Source: Rhizomicrobium sp. (GTDB lineage: Bacteria > Pseudomonadota > Alphaproteobacteria > Micropepsales > Micropepsaceae). From it: DNA of 64,000 nucleotides. Location: assembly GCA_037200045.1 (NCBI GenBank), contig JBBCHM010000002.1:669241-733240 (forward strand). The letters are read 5' to 3'. The notes below the pieces were generated by a model. The model had not been told where the DNA came from. It made no database searches and worked only from the letters and a program-made list of their open reading frames with translations. Positions 1 through 9,104 of this stretch are shown one piece after another (the stretch's first letter is position 1; each line of letters begins with the position of its first letter). Made by a program: the position numbers and the translations under genes.

Positions 1-308
1 TCAGCCGCCTCGGTTCCGAAGAACAGCTTGAGCAGCGCCCCATTGACCGTCTGCGCGACCGGCAACGCCGACGCGGCGGCGCAACTGCGCACGACCAGAT
101 AGAACCCCGCGGGCTGAAACAGGACGAGCTCGTCGGGCACAAGCCGCATGACATGCTGCTCGCACATCAGCCTCAGGCGCGCCGGCCCGACCTGGCCGCG
201 GCGATGCAGAACGAGACCGAGGTCGAACCAGTACACCGCCTTGCCCGCAAGCGCGGCGACATCGAACTCTCCGTCCACGACGCAGACATTTTCGCTCGGC
301 ACCGGCAT
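1..308 (-). CDS. Hypothetical protein, truncated by the left window edge
   Basis: Manual translation from ATG at 308 (MPVPSENVCVVDGEFDVAALAGKAVYWFDLG...) stays open to position 1; not in the ORF track because it has no stop in the window. Confidence 0.5.
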   Translation of the reverse strand, partial: MPVPSENVCVVDGEFDVAALAGKAVYWFDLGLVLHRRGQVGPARLRLMCEQHVMRLVPDELVLFQPAGFYLVVRSCAAASALPVAQTVNGALLKLFFGTEAA

Positions 309-321
309 GACGACGCTCCCG

Positions 322-654
322 TCAATGCGAGGACGGCGGGGGGATCGCCGGACCCAGACCCGCAGCGTCCCCCCTCTCGTCCCCCACCGAATTCCTCGCG
401 ACGATGGAAGACGCGCGACTGGCTTGCAGGTCGGCCTTGACGGCGCGGAGCTTGTCGAACACCAGCGCCTGCAGATCGCCCGAACCGGTGGCGGCCTGGC
501 AGTCGGTTTCGCTGCCGCCCATCTTGCGGCAAGCCTGGACGAGACCGTTCGGGTCTAGGGCGGGCATGACACTGGCGCGGCCGAGGCCGAGATCCGGCGC
601 ATGCGGCAGCAGCACCGCGATGACCGCGAGCGCGAGGGCGGCACGGGCGAACAT
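322..654 (-). CDS. Hypothetical secreted protein
   Basis: 110 aa ORF with signal-peptide-like N-terminus (MFARAALALAVIAVLLP); abuts the 654..1025 ORF. Confidence 0.55.
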   Translation of the reverse strand: MFARAALALAVIAVLLPHAPDLGLGRASVMPALDPNGLVQACRKMGGSETDCQAATGSGDLQALVFDKLRAVKADLQASRASSIVARNSVGDERGDAAGLGPAIPPPSSH

Positions 655-1025
655 CAGGCGCTCCGCCGCGCGGCGCCGGCGGAGACCGGCGCGTCTTCGA
701 TGATCTCACCGAGCACCAGGTCGAAGACGCGACGGTCCATCGCCAGGCGCAATTCGCGCGTCATGTCGGGCGAAGCGACGATGACGAGACCTTCATAGCA
801 ACCCTGGATCGCGCCTTCGATCAGGTGGCACATGATCTGCCGCGCCAGCGTGGCGCCGGGGCGGCGCGCGTGGAGCAGGTTGACGACCTTGGTGTTCCTT
901 TCGACCACGGGGCGGGGCGGCGTCGCGAGCGTCTCGAGGACGCGGGAGGTTCCCTCCGTGTTGGCGAGAATGCGGGCGCCGCTCGCGTCCGTCGCAACCA
1001 CTACCCAGATTTCGTTGTTGGACAT
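654..1025 (-). CDS. Host-attachment protein / baeRF12-like protein
   Basis: WVVVATDASGARIL N-terminus and LVIVASPDMTRELR...LGEI C-terminus resemble the host-attachment (eRF1-like) family. Confidence 0.55.
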   Translation of the reverse strand: MSNNEIWVVVATDASGARILANTEGTSRVLETLATPPRPVVERNTKVVNLLHARRPGATLARQIMCHLIEGAIQGCYEGLVIVASPDMTRELRLAMDRRVFDLVLGEIIEDAPVSAGAARRSA

Positions 1026-1129
1026 GACCGCTGCTCTTGATCAGTTTCGTCCCGATCATGATCGCGGCCGGCGCAACAATATATCCGGATCGTGTGCGTA
1101 CGCAGATTGTGCGTACGGCCGGCCGCCCG

Positions 1130-1510
1130 TTAAGCGGCCTCCGACACGGCCTGTTCAACGAGATCGGCGAGCTCCAGGCCATCGATCGGCTTGTGCAGCA
1201 TCCGAAAGCCGCCGGCCGCCAGCACGCGCTGCTCTAGCGCGGCGTCGCCGCGCCCGGTGATGATGATGACCGGAAGCCGGCTGCCGCGCCGGCGCAGGGT
1301 CTCGAGCAATTCCAGGCCCGTCATTCCCGGCATGTCGTAGTCCGCGACGATGCAGCCGGACCGGTCGGATTCGAATTTGTCCAGGAATTCCAAGGCAGAC
1401 GCGTAGGTCCGCACCGTCAATCCGATCGCTTCCAGAAACGCCCCGGTCGAATCGCGGACGGACCTGTTGTCGTCGACGAGCCATGTGGTGCCGGCAGCCG
1501 GCTTGGACAC
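1130..1510 (-). CDS. Stand-alone response regulator receiver (FixJ/FixT-like)
   Basis: LVDD, ADYDMPGMTG, IITG and HKP receiver motifs, no output domain; GTG start at 1510 preferred (ORF track start 1564). Confidence 0.85.
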   Translation of the reverse strand: MSKPAAGTTWLVDDNRSVRDSTGAFLEAIGLTVRTYASALEFLDKFESDRSGCIVADYDMPGMTGLELLETLRRRGSRLPVIIITGRGDAALEQRVLAAGGFRMLHKPIDGLELADLVEQAVSEAA

Positions 1511-1584
1511 GAAAATACGCCTCCGATACGCACCCAACGGCGAAAAACGTAGCCGTCGTGCCAATACGGGAATATGCGTAGTTT

Positions 1585-2214
1585 CTACTTACGAAGCGCC
1601 GCCTGCGCGCTTTCGGCGGCGCGGGCGATGCGCACCAGGTCCGCCAGGCTGGAAATCCGCATCTTGTCCTGGATGCGCGAGCGGTGGACCTCCACCGTGC
1701 GGGGTGAGATGCCCAGGGCATGCGCCACGAGCTTGTTGGAGCGCCCGGTCGCGAGCTGGTGGAATATCTCCTGTTCGCGCTCGGTCAGAAGCGCGATCAA
1801 GGCTTCGGCTTCCTGTGCGGAAGCCGCAAGCTCCCGCGCCTGGCGCCCGTTCTCCAGCGCGCGCGATACGGCGCCGAGGAGCGCCTCGTCGTCGAACGGC
1901 TTCTCGATGAGGTCGGAGGCACCGGCCTTGAGCACCTTGACCGCGAGCGGCACGTCGGCATGGCCGGTCACGATGATGACGGCGACGCGCACCGCGCGCC
2001 TTGTCAGTTCTTCCTGCAGCTCCAGACCGCTCATTTGCGGCATGCGCACATCGGCGATGACGCAGTCGCCGGGCCCGGGTTGCGCCTGGCCGAGAAAATC
2101 CACCGCGGACGAGAAATCCTCGACCTTGAGGCCGGCGGATTCCAGCAGCGCGCGTATGGAGCCGCGCACGCGGTCATGGTCGTCGACGATGAAGACGGTC
2201 GGCTCAGGCTGCAT
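1585..2214 (-). CDS. fixJ: FixJ-family response regulator (REC + LuxR HTH)
   Basis: VFIVDD, DVRMPQMSGLE, KPFDDE, LTEREQEI...ISPRTVEVHR. Confidence 0.88.
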   Translation of the reverse strand: MQPEPTVFIVDDHDRVRGSIRALLESAGLKVEDFSSAVDFLGQAQPGPGDCVIADVRMPQMSGLELQEELTRRAVRVAVIIVTGHADVPLAVKVLKAGASDLIEKPFDDEALLGAVSRALENGRQARELAASAQEAEALIALLTEREQEIFHQLATGRSNKLVAHALGISPRTVEVHRSRIQDKMRISSLADLVRIARAAESAQAALRK

Positions 2215-3847
2215 TCTGCTTCTCTACCGGATCGGCGACAGGCAAGCGGAAACCGAAGGTGGCGCCGCCGCGTTCATTGCCTTCTCCCCAAATCTTCCCG
2301 TCATGCGCTTCGACGATCGACTGGCAGATCGTCAAGCCGACGCCCATGCCGTTCTCCTTCGTCGTGACGAAAGGCTGGAACAGCCTGGCCATCACGTCGG
2401 GCGCGATGCCGGGGCCGGTATCCGACACGGTGACGCAAACATGTCCCGGTCCGTCCATCGCGGTCGCGACGATCAGGTCGCGCCGCTCGCTGTTCGACAT
2501 CGCATCGACGGCGTTGCGCACCAGGTTGAGGATCACCTGCTGTATCTGGATCCTGTCGACGTAGATCGGGGGCAGGCCCGAAAGCAGTTGCGTCCGCAGC
2601 ATCGCCTTGACCTCGGCGCTGCCCGCGGCGCCGAGCACCACGGTTTCCTCGACAAGGCGGTTCAGATCGTCGACCGCGCGGTTGGTTTTCCGCTTCTCGA
2701 TGAATTCGCGCAGCGTACGCATGATGCCGCCGGCAAGCTTGGTCTCGTTCGCCGCCTTGTCGAGGAAATCGCGCGCCCGCGCGACCTCGGGCAGGTCGAG
2801 CCCGCCGACCGTCCGATGCGCCGCCCGGATATAGTTCATCGCCGCGGTGAGCGGCTGGCTGAGTTCGTGGGCGATGGTCGAGGCCAGCATCCCCATCGTG
2901 TTCCAGCGCGACAGATGGATCAGCTCTTCCTGGAGGCCGAGCAGCTTCTTCTGCGTCTGCTTCTGCTCGGTGATGTCACGCACGACCTGCGAGGCACCGA
3001 TGATCTCGTGGTTCTCCTCGCGGATCGGCGAGAGCGTCAGCGCCACGGTGACATCGGTGCCGTCCTTGGCGCGGCGCAGCGTCTCGAAATCGTGGATCTT
3101 CTCGCCGGCGCGAAGCCGCGCCCAAAGCGCATCCTGCTCGGCCTTCAGGTCCGGCGGCAGGATCATGTCGACGTGGCGACCCACGATCTCGGTCTTGTCA
3201 TAACCGAACATCTCCTGGGCGGCCCGGTTCCAGGACTTGACCTCGCCGTCCATGAGGAAGGTGATGACCGGATCGATCGAGTTCTCGACCAGAAGCGCGA
3301 AGAAATAGGTGTAGCGGCGCAGCGCCCTGATCTGTTCCATCTGGTCGGCGAGTTTGGCATTGGCATCGCGCAGACGATCGATGACGAGCTGCTGCTCGCG
3401 CGCCATAGCGATATGGGTCGTCTCCGATTTGCGCATGCGCATCAGTTCGGTGACGTCCTCGACGCAATGCAGGATCGACTGGACCGCGCCGCCGGAGTCC
3501 AGAACGGGCGTGTTGATCGGATTCCAGTAGCGTTCCTCGAACCCGCCGCCTTCGGAATCGGGTTTGCGGATGTCGTATTTCTGGATGCTCATCACGTCCG
3601 GCCGGCGCAAATCCAGAACGCGCTGAAGCGAAAGGCGCAGCTTGGCGACGCCATCCGCAGCCGGGTCGTTCGGGTTGTCCGGAAAGACCTCGAACAGGTT
3701 TCGCCCGATGATTTCCTCGCGACGGGTCATCGTGGCGCGGCAATAGGCGTCGTTCACCGCGCGGATCGTGAATGCCGGGTCGAGAACGAGATAGAGGCCG
3801 GGGGCCTGGGTGAAGAGAGCGCCGAAATCCTGCCGGTCCGCGGCCAT
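2204..3847 (-). CDS. PAS-PAS sensor histidine kinase (FixL/NodV-like HisKA + HATPase)
   Basis: Two PAS domains, H-box AHELSQPL, N-box NLVRNAVDA, DTGPG and GMGVGL; start 3847 has an RBS (ORF track start 3880). Confidence 0.9.
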   Translation of the reverse strand: MAADRQDFGALFTQAPGLYLVLDPAFTIRAVNDAYCRATMTRREEIIGRNLFEVFPDNPNDPAADGVAKLRLSLQRVLDLRRPDVMSIQKYDIRKPDSEGGGFEERYWNPINTPVLDSGGAVQSILHCVEDVTELMRMRKSETTHIAMAREQQLVIDRLRDANAKLADQMEQIRALRRYTYFFALLVENSIDPVITFLMDGEVKSWNRAAQEMFGYDKTEIVGRHVDMILPPDLKAEQDALWARLRAGEKIHDFETLRRAKDGTDVTVALTLSPIREENHEIIGASQVVRDITEQKQTQKKLLGLQEELIHLSRWNTMGMLASTIAHELSQPLTAAMNYIRAAHRTVGGLDLPEVARARDFLDKAANETKLAGGIMRTLREFIEKRKTNRAVDDLNRLVEETVVLGAAGSAEVKAMLRTQLLSGLPPIYVDRIQIQQVILNLVRNAVDAMSNSERRDLIVATAMDGPGHVCVTVSDTGPGIAPDVMARLFQPFVTTKENGMGVGLTICQSIVEAHDGKIWGEGNERGGATFGFRLPVADPVEKQNAA

Positions 3848-4170
3848 CGGACCTTCAACTCCACTTGATGATGAAGTCATGCGCGATTGCTCGGCATCGA
3901 TTCGATGCGAATATTAACGCGATTTATTGAGCGACAATTAAATTTTGGTTGTGATTTGCGTTTACATGCCCGCGCATCGCCCCGTCCGACCACGCAACCG
4001 GGCCTTATCTCGGATGGATTAGAGAAAAACCGGATTGTCCGCAGGGACGTTCGCCCGGCACGAAAAGTTGTCGTTAAATTAGAATGCACGCCGAAATAGT
4101 GGTCACACCGAGGTGCGTACCAACATTGCTGGCAAGCGCGTCGAGCCAAGCGCGGCGATCGACAGCTACT

Positions 4171-4602
4171 TCAATCGTCCATGCTGTGGGGATCGACCTC
4201 GCGTATCGGCAGATCCCAGTGGTTCAGGGTCAGTTCCCACCGCCTCTGCTCCTCGCGCTCCAGCGTCGTTTTATCGGGAAAGAGCTGACGTTGAACTTCC
4301 CGCTCATGCGTGGAGGCATTGTAGTCGGGATATGTGATGACGATCCGGTAGTCCCAACGCGAATCCTCGCTGGTGTGCAGACCCGGCCGGTCGACGATGT
4401 AGTTCGTGACATAGCCGAGCTGCTTTTCGCGATCGAGAATGGCGATCTGGTATTTCTGGAAGATCTTCCACCATTCGGCCTGGTGTCCGTATTGGATCCG
4501 GTAGACCCATTCCACCTGGTACGGCTTGGCGTCCTGAGCGCGCCCCGTGGCCGTGAGCGCCAGCAGGGCGACGCAAGCGGTCATCAGCGTTCTTCGATAC
4601 AT
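4171..4602 (-). CDS. Conserved-looking hypothetical periplasmic protein
   Basis: AAGGAGG RBS upstream of ATG 4602; signal peptide MYRRTLMTACVALLALTATGRAQD; aromatic-rich mature part (EDSRWDYRIVITY). Confidence 0.75.
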   Translation of the reverse strand: MYRRTLMTACVALLALTATGRAQDAKPYQVEWVYRIQYGHQAEWWKIFQKYQIAILDREKQLGYVTNYIVDRPGLHTSEDSRWDYRIVITYPDYNASTHEREVQRQLFPDKTTLEREEQRRWELTLNHWDLPIREVDPHSMDD

Positions 4603-4658
4603 GGATACCTGCCTCCTTGAAGAGCATCGATTGGCGCCGCTTGCGGGCCGCGCCATGC

Positions 4659-7013
4659 CTATTCCACATGCGCGTCGAATGTGACGCCGAACGACCTGGG
4701 ATCGCCGAGCACGCCGACGGCCGGCGTGATGGCCGACGCGGCGCCGACGCCGATGAGGTAGCGCTGGTCGGCGAGATTCTTGGACCAGAACAGCAGGGAG
4801 TATTTCCCGTCGGTCGTGCGCACGCCGATGCCGAAATTTGTCAGCCCATAGGCATCCTGCCACCCATAGCTCGAATAGGAATTGTAGACCGAGACCTTGG
4901 AGTGGAACGTCTGATTCAGATAGGTGAAGCCGGTGAAATCGTCGTCCAGCGGCACTTCGTAGTTGATGTTGAGCTGGGCGTTCCACAGCGGCGCGCCGGG
5001 AAGCTGCCTGCCGGAGAGGTCCACGGACTTCGTGATATTGGTGAGTTCGATCGGCGCCGGCGCGTCGACATAGGAAACATAGGTCGCGTTGTTGTAGGCG
5101 CCGCTAAGCGAGATCGTCAGGTTGTCGAGCGGCGCATAGGTCGTCTCCAGCTCGATGCCGCGCTGGCGCACGCGTGCGGCGTTGGTGAGATAGATCCGGG
5201 TCGTGGGTCCGGTGGTCACGGCGGCCGACGCCTGATAGTCGGAGATGTTGTTCCAGTAGAGGTCGAAGTTGGCGATCAGCCGCCCATCGAGCCAAGTCGT
5301 CTTGACGCCTGCCTCGTAGTCCGTCGCGCGTTCCGGCTTGATGATGACGGGGATGCCCGGCGCCGCGGTGGTGTTGACCGCGCCCGACTTCTCGCCATGG
5401 CTGACGGAAAAATAGGCGAAGATGTTGTCGTCGATCTTGTAGGACGGATTGATCAGCCAGGAGACGGAACCGAAATCCTTCTTATCGGCCACGACGAACG
5501 GCCCACCGAACGAGGCGAGCACGGCCGTGCGGTAAGGCGCCAGAGTCGGCGGCAGCGTCGCGCCACCGAAGGAAGAGGCATTGTCCGAGCCCGCCTTGTG
5601 CTCCCAGGTGTAGCGCAGGCCACCGGTGATCGTGGCGGCTTCGGTAATGTGCCAGGTGCCCTGGGCGAAGCCGGCATAGCTGTCGGTCGTGGCGCGGCCG
5701 GACTGGTCGTACTCCACGCCATTGAGGACCGCGGACGGCGCCGTCCGGCTGCCGAGCAGGGCCTCGGATGCGTCCGCGAAGAAGATGTCGCGATCGTTGC
5801 TGAGCACGCGCTCGTGCAACGCGTAGAAGCCGCCCTGATATTCGAAGGTCTGGCCGGTGGGCGAGGCGACGCGCAATTCCTGCGAATATTGCGAAACGTC
5901 GACATCGTAGCCGCCGCGCAGGATCGGGAATGGCGAATAATCGGAGTCGTTGTAGGGCCGGAAGCGCAGGCTGCGGAACGCGGTGATCGAGGTGATTGTG
6001 TGATCGCCGACGTCCAAATCGAACTGGTTGGAGATGCCGTTGACCGAGGAGTGCGTGATCCCCTGCGTGTCCATGTTGGCACCATGCGTCAGATCGAAGC
6101 TCGGCGTATAGCCGAATATGCCCTTGAGGATCGCCGACCAGCCGGCGCGCGGCACGCCGTTGGCGTAGTTCGGATCGGCGACCGGCGGGGTGTAATTGTT
6201 GAGCTCGTCGGTCTGGTTGTGCTCGATGATGAGACGGTCGCGGAAATTGCTGGTCGGCGTGAAGAGGAGCTGGCCGCGCACCGACCACCGGTCGGTGTTG
6301 AGCAGGTGGTCGTCATTGTAGTTGTTCTTGATCCAGCCATTCCCCTTGTCGCCGGAGACGGTGAGCCGGAAAGCCAGTTCGTCGTCGACGATGGGGCCCG
6401 TCACGTTGGCGCGGATCTGCTCCCTGTCATGGTTGCCGTAGGTGAGCGCGACGTCGGCGCCGTAATCGAAGCTCGGCTCCTGGGTCGTGATGACGACGGC
6501 GCCGATGGTGGTGTTCTTGCCCAGCAGCGTGCCCTGCGGCCCGCGCAGGACCTCGACATGGTCTAGATCGACGAAGTCGAACCAGCTGAAGCCGACATGG
6601 GTGAACACAACGTTGTCGACGATCAGACCGACGCCGGATTCGACGCCGTCGAAATTGGCGTTGCCGCCGAGGCCGCGGATCGAAAACTGCGACACGCGCG
6701 TGTTCTGCTGCACGGCGGAGAAGTTCGGGACCTTGTCCGCGTAGTCGGCGATGCGGTCCGCATGTTCGAGCTTCAGATTGCTGCCCGCGATCAGGGAAAT
6801 CGGCAGCGGGACGTCCTGGTTGTTCTCCGCGCGATGCCGGCCGGTCACGACGATCGATTCGATGGTTTCGGGCGGCGCGCCCGCATCGGCCACCGCGATC
6901 GGTCCCGCCGCGCTCCCATTGGCGTTCGCGGCATATGCCCCGGAGGTCACCAAAAGAGCGCTGCCAGCCAGCAGCGCCAGTCGGATGGACGAGAATCTTG
7001 CACCGGAATGCAT
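4659..7013 (-). CDS. TonB-dependent receptor, probably for organosulfur uptake
   Basis: Signal peptide, TonB box ESIVVTG, plug motif VEVLRGPQGTLLGKNTTIGAV, barrel motif ELRVAS; start MHSGARF at 7013. Confidence 0.92.
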   Translation of the reverse strand: MHSGARFSSIRLALLAGSALLVTSGAYAANANGSAAGPIAVADAGAPPETIESIVVTGRHRAENNQDVPLPISLIAGSNLKLEHADRIADYADKVPNFSAVQQNTRVSQFSIRGLGGNANFDGVESGVGLIVDNVVFTHVGFSWFDFVDLDHVEVLRGPQGTLLGKNTTIGAVVITTQEPSFDYGADVALTYGNHDREQIRANVTGPIVDDELAFRLTVSGDKGNGWIKNNYNDDHLLNTDRWSVRGQLLFTPTSNFRDRLIIEHNQTDELNNYTPPVADPNYANGVPRAGWSAILKGIFGYTPSFDLTHGANMDTQGITHSSVNGISNQFDLDVGDHTITSITAFRSLRFRPYNDSDYSPFPILRGGYDVDVSQYSQELRVASPTGQTFEYQGGFYALHERVLSNDRDIFFADASEALLGSRTAPSAVLNGVEYDQSGRATTDSYAGFAQGTWHITEAATITGGLRYTWEHKAGSDNASSFGGATLPPTLAPYRTAVLASFGGPFVVADKKDFGSVSWLINPSYKIDDNIFAYFSVSHGEKSGAVNTTAAPGIPVIIKPERATDYEAGVKTTWLDGRLIANFDLYWNNISDYQASAAVTTGPTTRIYLTNAARVRQRGIELETTYAPLDNLTISLSGAYNNATYVSYVDAPAPIELTNITKSVDLSGRQLPGAPLWNAQLNINYEVPLDDDFTGFTYLNQTFHSKVSVYNSYSSYGWQDAYGLTNFGIGVRTTDGKYSLLFWSKNLADQRYLIGVGAASAITPAVGVLGDPRSFGVTFDAHVE

Positions 7014-7091
7014 CGCACCGGTCGGATGGAATGAAAACACGCGATTTACCCCTACTCTGACTGCCACACAGCACCACGCATGTGCCACTTA

Positions 7092-7115
7092 AAGTCTATC
7101 AACTTAGTATTGTAT
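7092..7115. promoter_or_regulatory. Putative sulfur-regulon operator, site 1 (AAGTCTATCAACTTAGTATTGTAT)
   Basis: Upstream of the TonB receptor; aligns with the 8863-8888 (reverse strand) and 11559-11583 sites as WAKTCTAY-N7-RTAKWGTAT. Confidence 0.55.
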
Positions 7116-7311
7116 GGATAGGAGCAAGCCCGCAGGCGGTCAATAGGATTGTTCCCATCGGGCGAATTCGCGGGAGCGTCAGGTAAAAGTGCCACAGGCG
7201 ATATGCGCGTGCTGCCCCAGCGTCACGCGCCGACGCCGGACGCGTTCAAGCTCGTTACAATAGCAATTCACTATATATGAGATGTAATTACGGCACGGAG
7301 AACTCGGCCGC

Positions 7312-8757
7312 CTAAATCCCCGCGCCCAGATCGACGAACTCGTCGGCGAGCAACGACCATTGCGGCGGCCGTCCGGCCTGCGTCACGGCAAGCTTCTGAA
7401 CCAGCCGCTCGATCTGGGTGTTGATTTCCGGGATCGCCGTGATCTCCCACCACGCCGGCCGTGTCAGGGGGCCGAGCGCGAAAAGCCAGCGGGAGATATT
7501 GCCGCGTGAATCGAGAACGGCGCTGTCGTCGGTCTCGATGCCGAGACCAAGAGCGTCCGGCAACACAAGGTGTTTGCGGACAAGGTCCGCGAGCAAGGGA
7601 TGCGCGATGGCGGACACATCGCCGCGCGGTCCGGTGCAGTTGAACATACGGGCGGCCCGGAAATGTTCTTGTCCCGCTCCCGGCGTCCCGAACGCGACGT
7701 CGATACCGTCCGGAAACGGCTCGGCGCGACGAATGCGTCCCGCCGCGATGCGAAGCTGGCCGCTTGCCGTCAGATCCCGCAGCCGGCTTGCGACGCGCGG
7801 CGCCATGCGATGGCGAACCGATGTCCAGAGCGTCCGCAGATGCCGGAAGAACTGCAGGCGCTCGGCGCCCGACCAGCCGTGCCAGATTCGCGCGGTCGCG
7901 GGACGCACGGCATCGATCACGCGCTGCCACGGCACGGCTTGCGCTTCGGCCTGCGCAATCGCGGCCCTGACACTGCGCAGCGCCTGCAACGGCGAGACAT
8001 GCCCCGCGTCCATGAACGGTGCCCAGAATCCGCCCGCGGCGTGCGTCGCGGGCACGACGCCATGGCGCGACAGAGCCAGCAGCGGTCCACGGTGGCCGCC
8101 CTCGACCAGCTTCAAGACAACGTCGACCATGGTGAGACCCGTGCCGACCAGCAGCACCGGCGCGGAAGGATCGATGCCGTCGAGCGCGTCCGCCGCCCAG
8201 GGATCGTTCGCCACGGACACATCCGACATCAGTCCGGGAATGGCCAGCGGACTCGCGGGAAGGTTGCCGGTCGCCAATACGATGCTGTCGGCCTTGACCG
8301 TCCGGCCATCGTCCAGGACCACGGCCGGCGTCGGCGAGTCCTCCAACCGGACGGCCTCGGCATGGACGACCTTCAGGCGGGACCGGCCGGCCGCGGCCTT
8401 GCGCGTCAGTGCTTCGAGATAGGCGCCGAATGCGTCCCGCACGACGAAGGCCGACGTAAGATCGCCACCGCTTTCGGCGAGAGCGGCCGTCAGATCGAAG
8501 GACTGGTCCTTCAGCCAGTCCGCAAAGCCCGGTTCCAACCCGATCTCGGCGCGGCTGACCGGGACATTCAACAGGTGGAACGGCGCACAGGCGCCATAGG
8601 CCAGCCCGCGCCCGAGGGCTCGGCGCCGTTCGATGAGGACGATGTCCGCATCCGGCAGACCGCGCAGGGCCTTGAGCGCAAACACCGCCCCGCTGAAACC
8701 GCCGCCCACCACGGCAATCGTTATGCGCGTCGTCGTGGACATATCCTGCACCGTCAT
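7312..8757 (-). CDS. FAD/NAD(P)-binding protein (YdhS-like) with CysE-like C-terminal tail
   Basis: VVGGGFSG, GRGLAY, HLLNVP, LVGTGLTMVD, FNCTGP, LFALGPLTR motifs; ends DEFVDLGAGI-stop. Confidence 0.85.
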   Translation of the reverse strand: MTVQDMSTTTRITIAVVGGGFSGAVFALKALRGLPDADIVLIERRRALGRGLAYGACAPFHLLNVPVSRAEIGLEPGFADWLKDQSFDLTAALAESGGDLTSAFVVRDAFGAYLEALTRKAAAGRSRLKVVHAEAVRLEDSPTPAVVLDDGRTVKADSIVLATGNLPASPLAIPGLMSDVSVANDPWAADALDGIDPSAPVLLVGTGLTMVDVVLKLVEGGHRGPLLALSRHGVVPATHAAGGFWAPFMDAGHVSPLQALRSVRAAIAQAEAQAVPWQRVIDAVRPATARIWHGWSGAERLQFFRHLRTLWTSVRHRMAPRVASRLRDLTASGQLRIAAGRIRRAEPFPDGIDVAFGTPGAGQEHFRAARMFNCTGPRGDVSAIAHPLLADLVRKHLVLPDALGLGIETDDSAVLDSRGNISRWLFALGPLTRPAWWEITAIPEINTQIERLVQKLAVTQAGRPPQWSLLADEFVDLGAGI

Positions 8758-8862
8758 TCCTGTCTCTCAAACACCGGCCGCTGGCCGGTCCCGCAGCACG
8801 CATGCGAAACCCCGGCTTCGGAAATGCATGACGGGTCTGCGCCGTTTGAAGCCATCGACAAG

Positions 8863-8888
8863 ATATACTATATCGTCCTTGTAGACTT
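8863..8888. promoter_or_regulatory. Putative sulfur-regulon operator, site 2
   Basis: ATATACTATATCGTCCTTGTAGACTT in the divergent region between the flavoprotein and the LLM monooxygenase; its reverse complement matches site 1. Confidence 0.55.
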
Positions 8889-9104
8889 AAAGCGCCCCAT
8901 GTCGCTCGCAGCCTCTTCCTTCGCCTCCGACCGCCGCTGGCCGGCCGCACCTTTGTGCCGGCCGACGGACGGATCAAGTCCGAACTGGCGACAACCGCGC
9001 GATCCGACAATGACGGGCTTTTCTGCGATGCGGGCGACACTACTTACAGAACTGGGTGTCCACACACAGGGCGGCATCGCGCCCCGGAAGAAAGAGAGCC
9101 TCCC

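Noticed and set aside
1037-1120. TTGATCAG half-site, CGATCATGATCG palindrome and TGTGCGTACG direct repeat upstream of the host-attachment gene
   Set aside because: Not a full FNR/FixK box (TTGAT-N4-ATCAA); only two short repeat units
1574-3868. 764-aa plus-strand ORF; similar long ORFs at 4617..6566, 22720..25689, 43812..45461 and 51677..54043
   Set aside because: Antisense shadows of well-supported genes, expected from high-GC codon bias; no recognisable motifs
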